IMG/VR virus record: IMGVR_UViG_3300027804_000047 | Span: 32,001-96,000 of that record | From: a virus | DNA: 64,000 nt | Direction: 5' to 3' (one strand) | Shown: one piece after another, positions 46,923 through 56,884 of the stretch | How the letters are laid out: every line of letters begins with the position of its first letter | How positions within the stretch are numbered: position 1 is the first letter of the stretch | The notes under the pieces: generated by a model | The model's input: the letters and a program-made list of their open reading frames with translations, nothing else | Databases searched by the model: none | Told to the model about the DNA's origin: nothing | Position numbers and translations under genes: made by a program

Positions 46923-47410
46923 TACCTGGAAATAAAAAAGTTTGGTTTTTAAATAAAGATCTTGTTAGAGTTGTGCATTATAACAGATCAAATGGCATTA
47001 TGTCAATTTATAACATTACAAAAGATAGGTTAGAGAGTTGTCTAATAAATGATTTTAAAAATAAAAGAGAAAGAGCATACACAGTCGGAGAAACTGCTGA
47101 TTTAGTTAATAGACATAAAAAATATATGCCATCACTAATGAAGAGAGGTGTCATACCTTTTCCAACTGGATCACAAAAAGGCGGAGAAAGGGGATGGCAG
47201 GTTAGATCTTATTACTCCGAATCGCAAGTCAGAGAGATACGTGATATACTGGCTACATACCATATTGGTAGACCAAGAAAAGATAATTTAATAACAAATG
47301 ATATTACTCCTACAAAAGCAGAGTTGACTCGCAGGATGGGAGATGGTATACTAACATATACAAAGACTGAAGACGGTAGGTTTATACCAATTTGGTCAGA
47401 ATCAATATAA
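46868..47410 (+). CDS. MerR-like HTH DNA-binding protein
   Basis: AYTVGETADLVNRHKKYMPSLMKRGVIP...RSYYSESQV winged-HTH pattern. Confidence 0.7.
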   Translation: MATRKGNRTSEEYNVAAVIPGNKKVWFLNKDLVRVVHYNRSNGIMSIYNITKDRLESCLINDFKNKRERAYTVGETADLVNRHKKYMPSLMKRGVIPFPTGSQKGGERGWQVRSYYSESQVREIRDILATYHIGRPRKDNLITNDITPTKAELTRRMGDGILTYTKTEDGRFIPIWSESI

Positions 47411-47424
47411 TAGAAGGGTATGAA

Positions 47425-47631
47425 ATGGAAGATACAAAGGTATCAGTAACACTAGGATATACACTTAATCTTGGAAACTTTCAATCACTAAGGTTAGACC
47501 TTGGTGTTGTAGATTCAAAGCGTGAAGGTGAAAATACAGATCAAGCATTTGAACGTGTATATAAATTTGTTGAAGATAAGTTAGCAGCAAAAATAGCAGA
47601 AGCAAAGGTTGAACTAGAAGAAGGAAATTAG
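47425..47631 (+). CDS. Conserved small phage protein
   Basis: KVSVTLGYTLNLGNFQSLRLD motif common in large phages. Confidence 0.65.
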   Translation: MEDTKVSVTLGYTLNLGNFQSLRLDLGVVDSKREGENTDQAFERVYKFVEDKLAAKIAEAKVELEEGN

Positions 47632-47632
47632 T

Positions 47633-47941
47633 GTGACAGAAAAACAGAAGCGATTTGCTCTGTTGAATAGGTTTGATAAACACTATAAGTTTAAACTAGA
47701 ACAAGAGCCACGCTATAATAAGTGGGTTGAACAATGGTCTGCAAATGCTCTAATAGAATCATATGGCATTGAACTTTGCTATGAACTATTGGAATATTAT
47801 TTTGAAGTCACAGAAAATCCTTCATGGAATCATTTTGCATATATTGCACATGATATACTTGAAAGAAAACAAGAACAAGAAAAAGATTTAGTTGATAGAT
47901 CTCAACGTAGAAAAATGGCAAAGGAGTGGCTGGGTGAATAG
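47633..47941 (+). CDS. Hypothetical protein upstream of helicase
   Basis: Tightly packed ORF, 102 aa. Confidence 0.65.
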   Translation: MTEKQKRFALLNRFDKHYKFKLEQEPRYNKWVEQWSANALIESYGIELCYELLEYYFEVTENPSWNHFAYIAHDILERKQEQEKDLVDRSQRRKMAKEWLGE

Positions 47942-49160
47942 TACAGAATCAAAGTTAATCTCAGCCGTACTTCAAGATAAACAGGCACACGTATTATTAC
48001 AAGCAAATATTGAAAACATATTAATCACACATGTCGATGTGTGGCAGTTTATTAGAAAATACTATGAGCACAATGCAACAGTTCCTCCAACAGAATTAGT
48101 AGTAGAAAAGTTTAGAGACTTTGAACCAGTTGTTGGCGTAGGATCTACTAAGCATCATCTTGAAGAATTACAGGCAGAGTATCTTACAAACAGTTTAAAA
48201 GATATTATTAGGTCTGCTGCTACAGATGTTCAGGGCGGACAAGGTGTGGAAGCACTTGAAACTCTTATTACAAAAACAGCAGAACTTAGAAAAAATACTG
48301 CAGCCATTCGTGATATCGATGTGACTGATTTAGATTCAGCAGTTGCATACTTTGAAAATCTAAAAAAACAACAAGAGGCTGGCGCTATAGGAATTAAAAC
48401 AGGTCTTCCAGGTTTTGATAACTACTTACCTTCTGGAATCATGCCAGGGCAGTTGGGAGTCTTTCTTGCATATCCAGGTATAGGAAAGTCATGGTTGTCT
48501 CTCTATTTTGCTGTACAGGCCTGGAAACAGGGTCGTAGCCCAATGATTATAAGCCTTGAAATGTCAGAAGTTGAAGTACGTAATCGTGTATTTGCTATCA
48601 TGGGTGAGGGCCTGTGGTCACACCGTAAACTAAGCGCTGGACAGATAGAGATGGACATGCTTAAGTCTTGGCATGCTAAAAGTGTTCAGGGTAAACCAGA
48701 ATTTCATATTATTTCAAATGATACTGGTGGTGATATCACTCCTCTAGTTCTTCGTGGAAAGATTGATCAATACAAGCCAGATTTTGTTATTGTTGATTAT
48801 TTACAACTTATGTCTCCAAACCAAAAGTCAGATAATGAAACGGTACGAATGAAGAACCTTTCTCGTGAATTAAAGTTAATGGCAATTTCTGAAGAAGTCC
48901 CAATTATTGCTATTTCTTCTGCCACTCCAGATGATGTTACTAAACTTGAGACAGTTCCAACACTTGGTCAAACAGCATGGTCAAGACAGATTGCATATGA
49001 TGCTGACTGGGTTTTGGCACTTGGTCGAGGTACTAATAGTGATATTATTGAGTGCGTATTTAGAAAGAACCGTAATGGTTTTATGGGAGAATTCTTGGTT
49101 CAGGCTGATTTTGACAAGGGATATTACAGATATAAGGATTATGAAGATAAGTCAGTATAA
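47934..49160 (+). CDS. dnaB: Replicative DnaB-like helicase
   Basis: Walker A AYPGIGKS, SLEMS, IVDYLQLM, SRELKLMA, IAYDAD, KNRNG; GTG start after aaggag. Confidence 0.93.
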   Translation: MNSTESKLISAVLQDKQAHVLLQANIENILITHVDVWQFIRKYYEHNATVPPTELVVEKFRDFEPVVGVGSTKHHLEELQAEYLTNSLKDIIRSAATDVQGGQGVEALETLITKTAELRKNTAAIRDIDVTDLDSAVAYFENLKKQQEAGAIGIKTGLPGFDNYLPSGIMPGQLGVFLAYPGIGKSWLSLYFAVQAWKQGRSPMIISLEMSEVEVRNRVFAIMGEGLWSHRKLSAGQIEMDMLKSWHAKSVQGKPEFHIISNDTGGDITPLVLRGKIDQYKPDFVIVDYLQLMSPNQKSDNETVRMKNLSRELKLMAISEEVPIIAISSATPDDVTKLETVPTLGQTAWSRQIAYDADWVLALGRGTNSDIIECVFRKNRNGFMGEFLVQADFDKGYYRYKDYEDKSV

Positions 49161-49168
49161 TATGCTCC

Positions 49169-49495
49169 ATGGAGACATTTCAGCACAAGCCCATAAAGAG
49201 GTTTGGTTTGGACGGAATCATCAATGATGACTCTGCCATATACAGATTACAGCAAGAGTATATCAGGCTACTGGTATCAGAAATGCGATTATCTGGTTAT
49301 GCCCCAAGGTTTGATATTGATCCACAGTTCACATTATCATATAACGAACACAAAAACTACTTTGAATTTACATTAAGCGTATATGGAATATATATAGGGA
49401 GAAAAAAATCAGAATGGATATTAGGAATAGACGGAACCAAGCCAGTATATACACAGCCAGTCAAGTTAAAAGAGTACTCGCAGGATCTGGCATAA
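49169..49495 (+). CDS. Conserved hypothetical protein
   Basis: TATAAT (overlapping the dnaB stop) 7 nt upstream of ATG; overlaps the primase start. Confidence 0.6.
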   Translation: METFQHKPIKRFGLDGIINDDSAIYRLQQEYIRLLVSEMRLSGYAPRFDIDPQFTLSYNEHKNYFEFTLSVYGIYIGRKKSEWILGIDGTKPVYTQPVKLKEYSQDLA

Positions 49496-50358
49496 CCGTA
49501 GAAAAAGAAGCAGAGTCGGAGTACATAGTATTTTGTCCATTCCATTCTAACCATAGAACCCCTGCTGGAGAAATTAACAAATATACTGGATTGTTCTTTT
49601 GTTTTTCATGTGGGAAAACAGCAGATTTAATAGAACTAGTAATGCATTTTTCTAATCGAACATATTTTGAGTCTGTTCGGTTTATTAAAAGCAAAGAGGT
49701 AGAAACAGATATATTGTCTGAAATAAATAATAAGTTAATTGAAAAAGAAGAATGGACAGAGTTCGATATGTCTATTATTAATAGACTTCATGAGCAGGCC
49801 TTTTCTTCAGAAAGAGCCAAAGAATATTTTATTAAAAGAAAAATTAATAGAGAGTCTGTTGCTAAGTTTAAACTTGGTTATTCTGAAAACCAAGATATGG
49901 TATCTATTCCAGTCTATAATCACGAAGGCCTATGTGTCGGATTTGTGGCAAGATCAGTTGAAGGTAAAGATTTTAAAAATACAACTAAGTTACCAAAGTC
50001 TAAAATATTATTTAATCTAAATAGAGTAAAGACTGCTACCAAAGTTTATGTTGTAGAGTCTTCATTTGATGCTATAAGGCTTGATCAGTTAGGGTTTCCA
50101 TCAGTTGCAACCCTTGGCGCCAATGTATCATCCAAACAAATAGAGTTATTAAAAAGATATTTTAATGATGTAGTTATAATTGCTGATAATGATGAAGCAG
50201 GCGGGAATATGAAAGAAAGAATAATTGAGTCATTAGGCAGTAGTGTCACTATAGTAAGCATAGATCAAAAATATAAAGATATAGGCGACATGGAAGATAG
50301 TGATATAATTAAACTTAAGAAAAATTTTAATGATCATATAAAGGAGATGTTTGTATGA
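49414..50358 (+). CDS. dnaG: DNA primase (CHC2 zinc finger + TOPRIM)
   Basis: CPFH...CFSC; VVESSFDA; IADNDEAG; KDIGD. Confidence 0.9.
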   Translation: MDIRNRRNQASIYTASQVKRVLAGSGITVEKEAESEYIVFCPFHSNHRTPAGEINKYTGLFFCFSCGKTADLIELVMHFSNRTYFESVRFIKSKEVETDILSEINNKLIEKEEWTEFDMSIINRLHEQAFSSERAKEYFIKRKINRESVAKFKLGYSENQDMVSIPVYNHEGLCVGFVARSVEGKDFKNTTKLPKSKILFNLNRVKTATKVYVVESSFDAIRLDQLGFPSVATLGANVSSKQIELLKRYFNDVVIIADNDEAGGNMKERIIESLGSSVTIVSIDQKYKDIGDMEDSDIIKLKKNFNDHIKEMFV

Positions 50359-50654
50359 GTAAGAAAAACCATATGGAATGGTTAGAGGCCCTAAAAACTA
50401 TGGGTCATAAAAAGTATTGGAATAGAGCAAACACTGTAGAGTTTTTTGCCTTTGTTGCTAAAGCAATGATTATTTTACCAGGTTTGCTGTTTGACATAAG
50501 TGTTTGGTGGTTTTATATTTTTGCATTGGTTTCAAGCCTTGGGCTTATCTGGTCTTCAACTGTAAAAACAATACCAACCCTAATTTGGTTTAACATACTA
50601 TGGTCAATTTTAGCAATACTTTATATTGCAAAATATTTTGGTGTTATTTTATGA
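50355..50654 (+). CDS. Small integral membrane protein
   Basis: About three hydrophobic segments in 99 aa; ATGA-coupled on both sides. Confidence 0.7.
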   Translation: MSKKNHMEWLEALKTMGHKKYWNRANTVEFFAFVAKAMIILPGLLFDISVWWFYIFALVSSLGLIWSSTVKTIPTLIWFNILWSILAILYIAKYFGVIL

Positions 50655-52144
50655 AATTAGTTATTATTGGTGGAGGTTCTGCTGGATGGATGAGCAGTCT
50701 TTTTCTTAAGAAAAGGTATCCTCATTTTGATATTACAGTTATAAATAGTAGCAAATTAGATATCTTGGGTGCGGGAGAAGGAACTGTTGGAAACTCTAGT
50801 TTTGCATTTGATTATATGGAATTAGATGCCTTTGAGTTTATTAAAAAAACAAAATCATCAATTAAAACTGGAGTCAGATTTACTGGATGGAATAAAGACA
50901 CAGATTATTTTATGGGCCTTGCTCCAATGGCATATGAAGAAAATAATGATCTATATCCAAAGGTAGTGGCAACTGCTGCACAAAAATATAAATCTTTAAA
51001 TAAATTAAATATGTATTATAGGCAGGCACTTGATGACAGACTTCCCTTTAAAAAATCAAACCTAACAAATAAATACTTTGCAGACTCTACCTTTATATGG
51101 AAGATGTGGGTTGCTTGGCATTTTGATGCAAGACTTCTTGCTGCCTTCCTTGCTGAAAAAGCAGCAGAACGAGATATCAAGATAGTAGATAACATTGTTA
51201 CATCCTTTGAATCTGATGACGATGGAAATATAAATAAAATTATCTTTGAAGATGATACATTTTTAGATTGTGATTTTATAATTGATTGCACTGGTTTTCA
51301 AAGACTTGTTATTGGAAAACATTTTAAATCTGAATGGATAGATTACAGCAAATATTTACCGCTAGATACTGGTCTAGCATTTATGTTACCTACAAAAGAG
51401 AATTTACCACCATATACAGAACTAATAGCCATGAATGCTGGCTGGGTTTTTAACATACCTTTGCAGCATAGAACTGGTGCTGGATATCTATATTCTTCAA
51501 AATATATAACAGAAGAAGAAGCAATAAAAGAAATAAAACAAAAATATGGAGATGTTCAAATAATAAAAAAGTTTTATTTTAATGCTGGACATTATAAAGA
51601 AAGTTGGATTAAGAATGTCATTGCAATAGGCTTGTCCTCTGGATTTTTGGAACCAATGGAGGCAACCACGATACATGGAACTATAAGAATGTTATATAAA
51701 TTAGTAGATACATTTGATTTAGAAAATTATAATGAAAGTGATATTGAATATTTTAATGAACACCTACATAGATTCTATGCAGATTGTAGAGATTTTATTG
51801 CTATTCATTATATTACAAATAGAGAAGATACCCCGTTTTGGAAAAACTTTACAGTAGATAATGAATTATCAGATAACATTAAAAAGTTTTTAGAAAAAAT
51901 GCAGCAACAAACTGTATACATACACGAAGACATGGACTCCTGGGTATCAGACTTACATAAGGTATACTATGGATCATTAGGTACACATCTAAATGAACAT
52001 GTTATTTCAAAAGAACTTGAAGATGGAGATGCTTTAAAAGAAATCGAAAGAATTGATGAAAGTTTTAGTTCACAATTAGAAGATTATATTAAAAATAAAG
52101 AGTTTTTTGATATGATTAATAATGATGAGTTGACAATTAAATAA
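50651..52144 (+). CDS. Flavin-dependent tryptophan-halogenase-family protein
   Basis: IIGGGSAGW, GAGEGT, IKTGVRF (position of the PrnA catalytic Lys), FIIDCTGF, GWVFNIPL (WxWxIP variant), GLSSGFLEPMEATTI. Confidence 0.88.
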   Translation: MKLVIIGGGSAGWMSSLFLKKRYPHFDITVINSSKLDILGAGEGTVGNSSFAFDYMELDAFEFIKKTKSSIKTGVRFTGWNKDTDYFMGLAPMAYEENNDLYPKVVATAAQKYKSLNKLNMYYRQALDDRLPFKKSNLTNKYFADSTFIWKMWVAWHFDARLLAAFLAEKAAERDIKIVDNIVTSFESDDDGNINKIIFEDDTFLDCDFIIDCTGFQRLVIGKHFKSEWIDYSKYLPLDTGLAFMLPTKENLPPYTELIAMNAGWVFNIPLQHRTGAGYLYSSKYITEEEAIKEIKQKYGDVQIIKKFYFNAGHYKESWIKNVIAIGLSSGFLEPMEATTIHGTIRMLYKLVDTFDLENYNESDIEYFNEHLHRFYADCRDFIAIHYITNREDTPFWKNFTVDNELSDNIKKFLEKMQQQTVYIHEDMDSWVSDLHKVYYGSLGTHLNEHVISKELEDGDALKEIERIDESFSSQLEDYIKNKEFFDMINNDELTIK

Positions 52145-52158
52145 CTGTGTGATACACT
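52130..52158 (+). promoter_or_regulatory. Sigma70-type promoter for ssb
   Basis: TTGACA-17 bp-TACACT with TG extension. Confidence 0.75.
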
Positions 52159-52185
52159 ATAAATAACATAACAAAGGAGAAAACT

Positions 52186-52848
52186 ATGAGCGTTATTAAG
52201 GGACTAAAAAATATCAATGCCCTGCTCGATAAGAAAACAGATGAAACAGGTCCAAAGGTTCGCTGGCTTAAGTTGGCCGATGGACAAGCAGTAAAGATTC
52301 GATTCATTGAGGAATTAGATGAAGACTCTGCAAATTATAATGATAAGCGTGGACTTGCACTTGTTGTAAAGGAACACACAAATCCAAAAGACTATAAGCG
52401 TAAGGCTGTAGATACTCTTGATACAGAAGGTCGTGACTGGGCTGAAGAAATGTATCGCAAAGATCCTAAAGGAAATAGCGGATGGCGTGGTCGTCTTCGT
52501 TTTTATTGTAATGTACTTGTAGACGATGGTATTGAAGATAAGCCTTATGTTGCTATATGGTCTATGGGTGTAAGCAAGCAATCTGCATTTAATACAATTC
52601 GTGAGTATGCTCTTGAAACAGGTAGCATCTCAAATATTGTATGGAAATTGAAGCGTAATGGTCAAGGTACTGAGACATCTTATACTCTAATTCCATCTGC
52701 TCCAGATAAGGAGCCTTTTAACTGGGAAGGCGTTGAGCCATATCCACTAGAGAAGGCGTTGCGTCGTGTTCCATATGCGGAGCAAGAAGCATTTTATCTT
52801 GGATTTGATTCACCTTCATCTACATCAGCGACGAATATCGATTGGTAG
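52186..52848 (+). CDS. Single-stranded DNA-binding protein (gp32-like, putative)
   Basis: WLKLADGQAVKIRF...RFYCNVLV...WKLKRNGQGTETSYTL; acidic/aromatic tail NIDW; replication context. Confidence 0.7.
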   Translation: MSVIKGLKNINALLDKKTDETGPKVRWLKLADGQAVKIRFIEELDEDSANYNDKRGLALVVKEHTNPKDYKRKAVDTLDTEGRDWAEEMYRKDPKGNSGWRGRLRFYCNVLVDDGIEDKPYVAIWSMGVSKQSAFNTIREYALETGSISNIVWKLKRNGQGTETSYTLIPSAPDKEPFNWEGVEPYPLEKALRRVPYAEQEAFYLGFDSPSSTSATNIDW

Positions 52849-52857
52849 TATAGATTG

Positions 52858-52881
52858 CTGGGGGGTGTAAAAGCCCCCCAG
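52858..52881 (+). terminator. GC hairpin after ssb (terminator or processing site)
   Basis: ctgggggg-tgtaaaag-ccccccag perfect 8-bp stem; no clear U tract. Confidence 0.55.
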
Positions 52882-52889
52882 ATATAACT

Positions 52890-53603
52890 ATGAAAAAAAT
52901 TGAATTTATAACTAATAATAAAAATGTTTTGCTGGGTGTTAGTTCACCAAAACCAGCACAAGAATATATACCTCAGTGGTATAAAGATTCTAAATCATTT
53001 TTTACAAGCAATTCTATTAGTTTTGATAAAAATTTAAATATGACTAAAACAGCAAAACTATGCATTCCAGTTTTAGATTCTATGACATCTGGATATATTC
53101 AAGAAACTTGGACAGATATATATATAGAAAGAAATGGAAAAGAAATTAAATATGTTTTTGCTGACTCGTCTATTCCAATATTTTCTTCAAGAGATAAAAG
53201 AACTATACAGAATATGCCTATACCCACAGGACACCTAGATATACTATTTCACTGGAATAGGGTGTGGTGTCCAAAGGTGCCAAAGGGATATAGTGTTTTG
53301 TTTAAGCATCCATCCTATAGAGATGATTTGCCTTTTACAAGTATATCTGGAATAATAGATTCTGATGAATTTATACTTAATGGAAAGGTAGGATTTTTTA
53401 TTAAGGATAATTTTACAGGTTTAATTCCTAAAGGAACACCAATGTATCAAATGATTCCTTTTAAAAGAGATGATTGGAAATCTGAAAGTAGAATGTTGGA
53501 AGATGAAGAAAAAGATAATTGGCACCGTATCGCAAATAATATCACCAGTGTTTTTACTGGCGGGTATAAAAAGAAATATTGGAAAAGAAAGAAATATACT
53601 TAA
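52890..53603 (+). CDS. Conserved phage beta-fold protein (DUF6065-like), paralog 3
   Basis: PQWYK...KLCIPVLD...GY...GYSVLFKHP...DLPF...IIDSD...GLIPKGTPMYQMIPFKRDDW...YKKKYWKRKKY, as in 9188 and 9901. Confidence 0.7.
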   Translation: MKKIEFITNNKNVLLGVSSPKPAQEYIPQWYKDSKSFFTSNSISFDKNLNMTKTAKLCIPVLDSMTSGYIQETWTDIYIERNGKEIKYVFADSSIPIFSSRDKRTIQNMPIPTGHLDILFHWNRVWCPKVPKGYSVLFKHPSYRDDLPFTSISGIIDSDEFILNGKVGFFIKDNFTGLIPKGTPMYQMIPFKRDDWKSESRMLEDEEKDNWHRIANNITSVFTGGYKKKYWKRKKYT

Positions 53604-56600
53604 TGATTAACTATGTACCACTACACCTGCATACTCACTTTTCATTATTTGACGGGATTGGGTTGCCGTCAGAATATGTTGAACGTGCTACAAAGTTGGG
53701 TATGCCAGCAATAGGAATTACAGACCATGGCTCCCTTTCTGGCCACAGAGAAATGTATCGTGTTGCTAAAGCAAGTGGTATCAAACCTATTCTTGGCATA
53801 GAGGGATATATGTGCGAAGATCGCTTTGACAAAAGAGACAAAGAGGATCGCAAGACACCATTAGATATGGTTTATAACCATATTATTCTTCTTGCCAAGA
53901 ATAAGGTTGGTTTAGAGAATCTTAACAAATTAAATGAAATTGCTTGGACAGAAGGATATTATAAAAAGCCAAGAATAGATTTTGAAGTACTTTCCAAATA
54001 CAAAGAAGGTATTATAGTTTCATCTGCATGCCCAAGTGGAATTATTGCTAAGTCAATCGAACTTGGTGAACTTGGAATGGCAAAGAAATATATAAAGTGG
54101 TTTAAAGAAGAGTTTGGTGACGATTATTATCTTGAGGTAATGCCTCATAATGATGAATCAATAAATAGAACTATTTTACAATTAGCAGATGAGTTCAAGA
54201 TTAAGCCTATTGTAACTCCAGACTGTCATCACGTTGATCAATCACAAAAAGAAATTCAGGAATTAAAACTTATTTTAAATACTTATTCTAATAAGATTCA
54301 AAAAGATGCTACATACGAAAAGTCAAAAAAGCAGGGCGATTTAATGAAGCGTCTTGATTATTTGTATGGCGCAGATAGACAAATGTCATTTAATAAGTTT
54401 GACATTCACCTACTTTCATATGAAGAAATTCAGGCTGCTATGGAAAAGCAAGCAGTATGGAGAACAGATATTTATGAAAATACAATTGATCTTGCTAATA
54501 AGATTGAAGATTATGATATCCAGGATGGTCTAAATCTTTTGCCTGTTCAGTATAAAAATCCAGATAAGCAACTAAAAGATTTAGCAATGCAAGGCTTAGT
54601 AGATAAAGGGCTTAATAAAAATCAAGAATATCTTGATAGACTTGAAGAAGAATTAAAGGTTATTCAAGATAAAAAATTTGGTCCATACTTCCTTGTTGTT
54701 CAGAGCATGATCTCTTGGGCAAAAAAGGAAGGAATTATGGTTGGTCCAGGTCGTGGTTCATCTGCTGGCTCTTTACTGTGCTATGCACTTGGTATTACTG
54801 ATATTGATCCATTAAAGCACGGACTTCTATTCTTCCGTTTTATTAATCCAGAGCGTAATGATTTTCCAGATATTGATACAGATATTCAAGATTCTCGTCG
54901 TGATGAGGTAAAAGATTATCTTGTTAGACAGTACAAACATGTTGCATCTATTGCTACATTCTTAGAGTTTAAAGATAAAGGTGTAGTTCGAGATGTTGCT
55001 CGTGCACTAAACATACCTTTAGTAGATGTAAATAAAGTTTTAAAGTTAGTAGATACTTGGGACGAATACTGTTCATCAAAAACTACTGCTTGGTTTAGAG
55101 AAAAATATCCAGAGGTGGAGCAATATGGAGAACAATTACGTGGTCGTATTAGAGGTACTGGCATACACGCTGCTGGTGTTGTCACTAGTAAAAATCCTAT
55201 TTTTAGGTACGCACCGTTGGAGACACGTTCTTCTCCTGGTTCCGATGACCGCATACCTGTTGTGGCGGTGGACATGGAAGAGGCTGAGAAAATCGGACTC
55301 ATCAAAATCGACGCACTTGGTCTTAAAACCTTAAGCGTTATTAACGATACATTAAATATTATCAAGGAGCGAGAGGGCACTGAGATAAATCTTTTAAGTC
55401 TTGACATGGATGATTCCAAGGTATATCAGATGCTTTCTGAGGGTTATACAAAGGGCGTGTTCCAATGTGAAGCCACACCCTATACCAACCTACTTGTTAA
55501 GATGGGTGTAAAGAATTTAGCAGAACTTGCTGCTTCTAACGCCTTGGTTCGTCCAGGTGCAATGAATACTATTGGCAAGGACTATATTGAACGTAAGCAC
55601 GGTAGACAGGCAGTAAATTATCTGCATCAAACTATGAAACCATTCACACAAGAAACATATGGGTGTATCCTATACCAAGAGCAGGTTATGCAGGCCTGTG
55701 TTGAACTTGGAGGGATGTCTTGGTCTGAAGCGGATAAAGTTCGTAAGATCATTGGTAAAAAGAAAGATGCTAGAGAATTTGATGCTTTTCGTGATAGGTT
55801 CGTTGATGGTGCTTCTAAGTTTATTAGTCCTAACCAGGCTCGTGATTTATGGCATGACTTTGAGGCGCATGCGGGTTATTCGTTCAACAAGTCTCATGCG
55901 GTTGCTTACTCTACGCTCTCGTATTGGACGGCATGGCTAAAGTACTATTATCCAATTGAGTTTATGTATTCACTACTTAAGAATGAAAGGGATAAAGATG
56001 CACGAACTGAATATCTTATTGAAGCGAAAAGAATGGGCATTAGCATTAAATTACCTCACATTAACGATTCGGATATTGATTTTAAAATTGAGGGTAAGGG
56101 TATTCGGTTTGGATTGTCGGGGATCAAGTTTATCTCTGATAAGATTGCAGAACGATATATATCGGCACGACCTTTTAAGTCTTTCGAGGAAGTTAAAGCC
56201 TTTACATTTACGAAAGGTAATGGAGTCAACAGCAGAGCATTAGAAGCATTAAGAATTATTGGTGCTGTAACTTTTTCAGACAATCCTAGAAACGATGATG
56301 AATTAAGAGAAAATCTTTATGAGTATTTAGGTTTGCCAGAGTTCACACAAACAGTTCCGTCTCACTACCATGCGTTCATTAATCCTGTAGAGGACTTTGA
56401 GGAAAAGGGTTCATTTATTTTAATGGGTATGGTAAAAGGAATTAAGCGTGGTAAAGGTTGGTCTCGTGTTGAAATATTAGATAAGACTGGAAGTATTGGA
56501 GTATTTGATGAAGAGCAAACAACGATTGAGGCTGGACGAAGTTATATTGCACTCTGTTCTGATAACAGAATTGTTAGTGCTGTTCCTGTGGACGAGATAA

Positions 56601-56884
56601 AGGGATCTGACTCTGCTTTAGTTAAATTCTTAAACTATAGAATGTTGCCATATAAAGATGATGAGTTATTTGTGGTATCCTTTAAACCTAGGATAACAAA
56701 AGCAGGAAAAAAGATGGCTTCTCTAACTTTAGCAGACACATCTAGAGAACTTCATCCAGTAACAGTGTTCCCTACTGCATTTGCTAAAGCATACATGAAG
56801 ATTGAAGAAGGACACGCATATAAATTTGAATTAGGTAAAACTAAAGACGGTACAGTAATATTGGAGGATATAAATGTCGGTTAG
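53603..56884 (+). CDS. dnaE: DNA polymerase III alpha subunit
   Basis: PHP domain LHLHTHFSLFDG/TDHG; GPGRGSSAGS; FPDIDTD; HAAGVV; KIDALGL; YSFNKSHA. Confidence 0.96.
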   Translation: MINYVPLHLHTHFSLFDGIGLPSEYVERATKLGMPAIGITDHGSLSGHREMYRVAKASGIKPILGIEGYMCEDRFDKRDKEDRKTPLDMVYNHIILLAKNKVGLENLNKLNEIAWTEGYYKKPRIDFEVLSKYKEGIIVSSACPSGIIAKSIELGELGMAKKYIKWFKEEFGDDYYLEVMPHNDESINRTILQLADEFKIKPIVTPDCHHVDQSQKEIQELKLILNTYSNKIQKDATYEKSKKQGDLMKRLDYLYGADRQMSFNKFDIHLLSYEEIQAAMEKQAVWRTDIYENTIDLANKIEDYDIQDGLNLLPVQYKNPDKQLKDLAMQGLVDKGLNKNQEYLDRLEEELKVIQDKKFGPYFLVVQSMISWAKKEGIMVGPGRGSSAGSLLCYALGITDIDPLKHGLLFFRFINPERNDFPDIDTDIQDSRRDEVKDYLVRQYKHVASIATFLEFKDKGVVRDVARALNIPLVDVNKVLKLVDTWDEYCSSKTTAWFREKYPEVEQYGEQLRGRIRGTGIHAAGVVTSKNPIFRYAPLETRSSPGSDDRIPVVAVDMEEAEKIGLIKIDALGLKTLSVINDTLNIIKEREGTEINLLSLDMDDSKVYQMLSEGYTKGVFQCEATPYTNLLVKMGVKNLAELAASNALVRPGAMNTIGKDYIERKHGRQAVNYLHQTMKPFTQETYGCILYQEQVMQACVELGGMSWSEADKVRKIIGKKKDAREFDAFRDRFVDGASKFISPNQARDLWHDFEAHAGYSFNKSHAVAYSTLSYWTAWLKYYYPIEFMYSLLKNERDKDARTEYLIEAKRMGISIKLPHINDSDIDFKIEGKGIRFGLSGIKFISDKIAERYISARPFKSFEEVKAFTFTKGNGVNSRALEALRIIGAVTFSDNPRNDDELRENLYEYLGLPEFTQTVPSHYHAFINPVEDFEEKGSFILMGMVKGIKRGKGWSRVEILDKTGSIGVFDEEQTTIEAGRSYIALCSDNRIVSAVPVDEIKGSDSALVKFLNYRMLPYKDDELFVVSFKPRITKAGKKMASLTLADTSRELHPVTVFPTAFAKAYMKIEEGHAYKFELGKTKDGTVILEDINVG

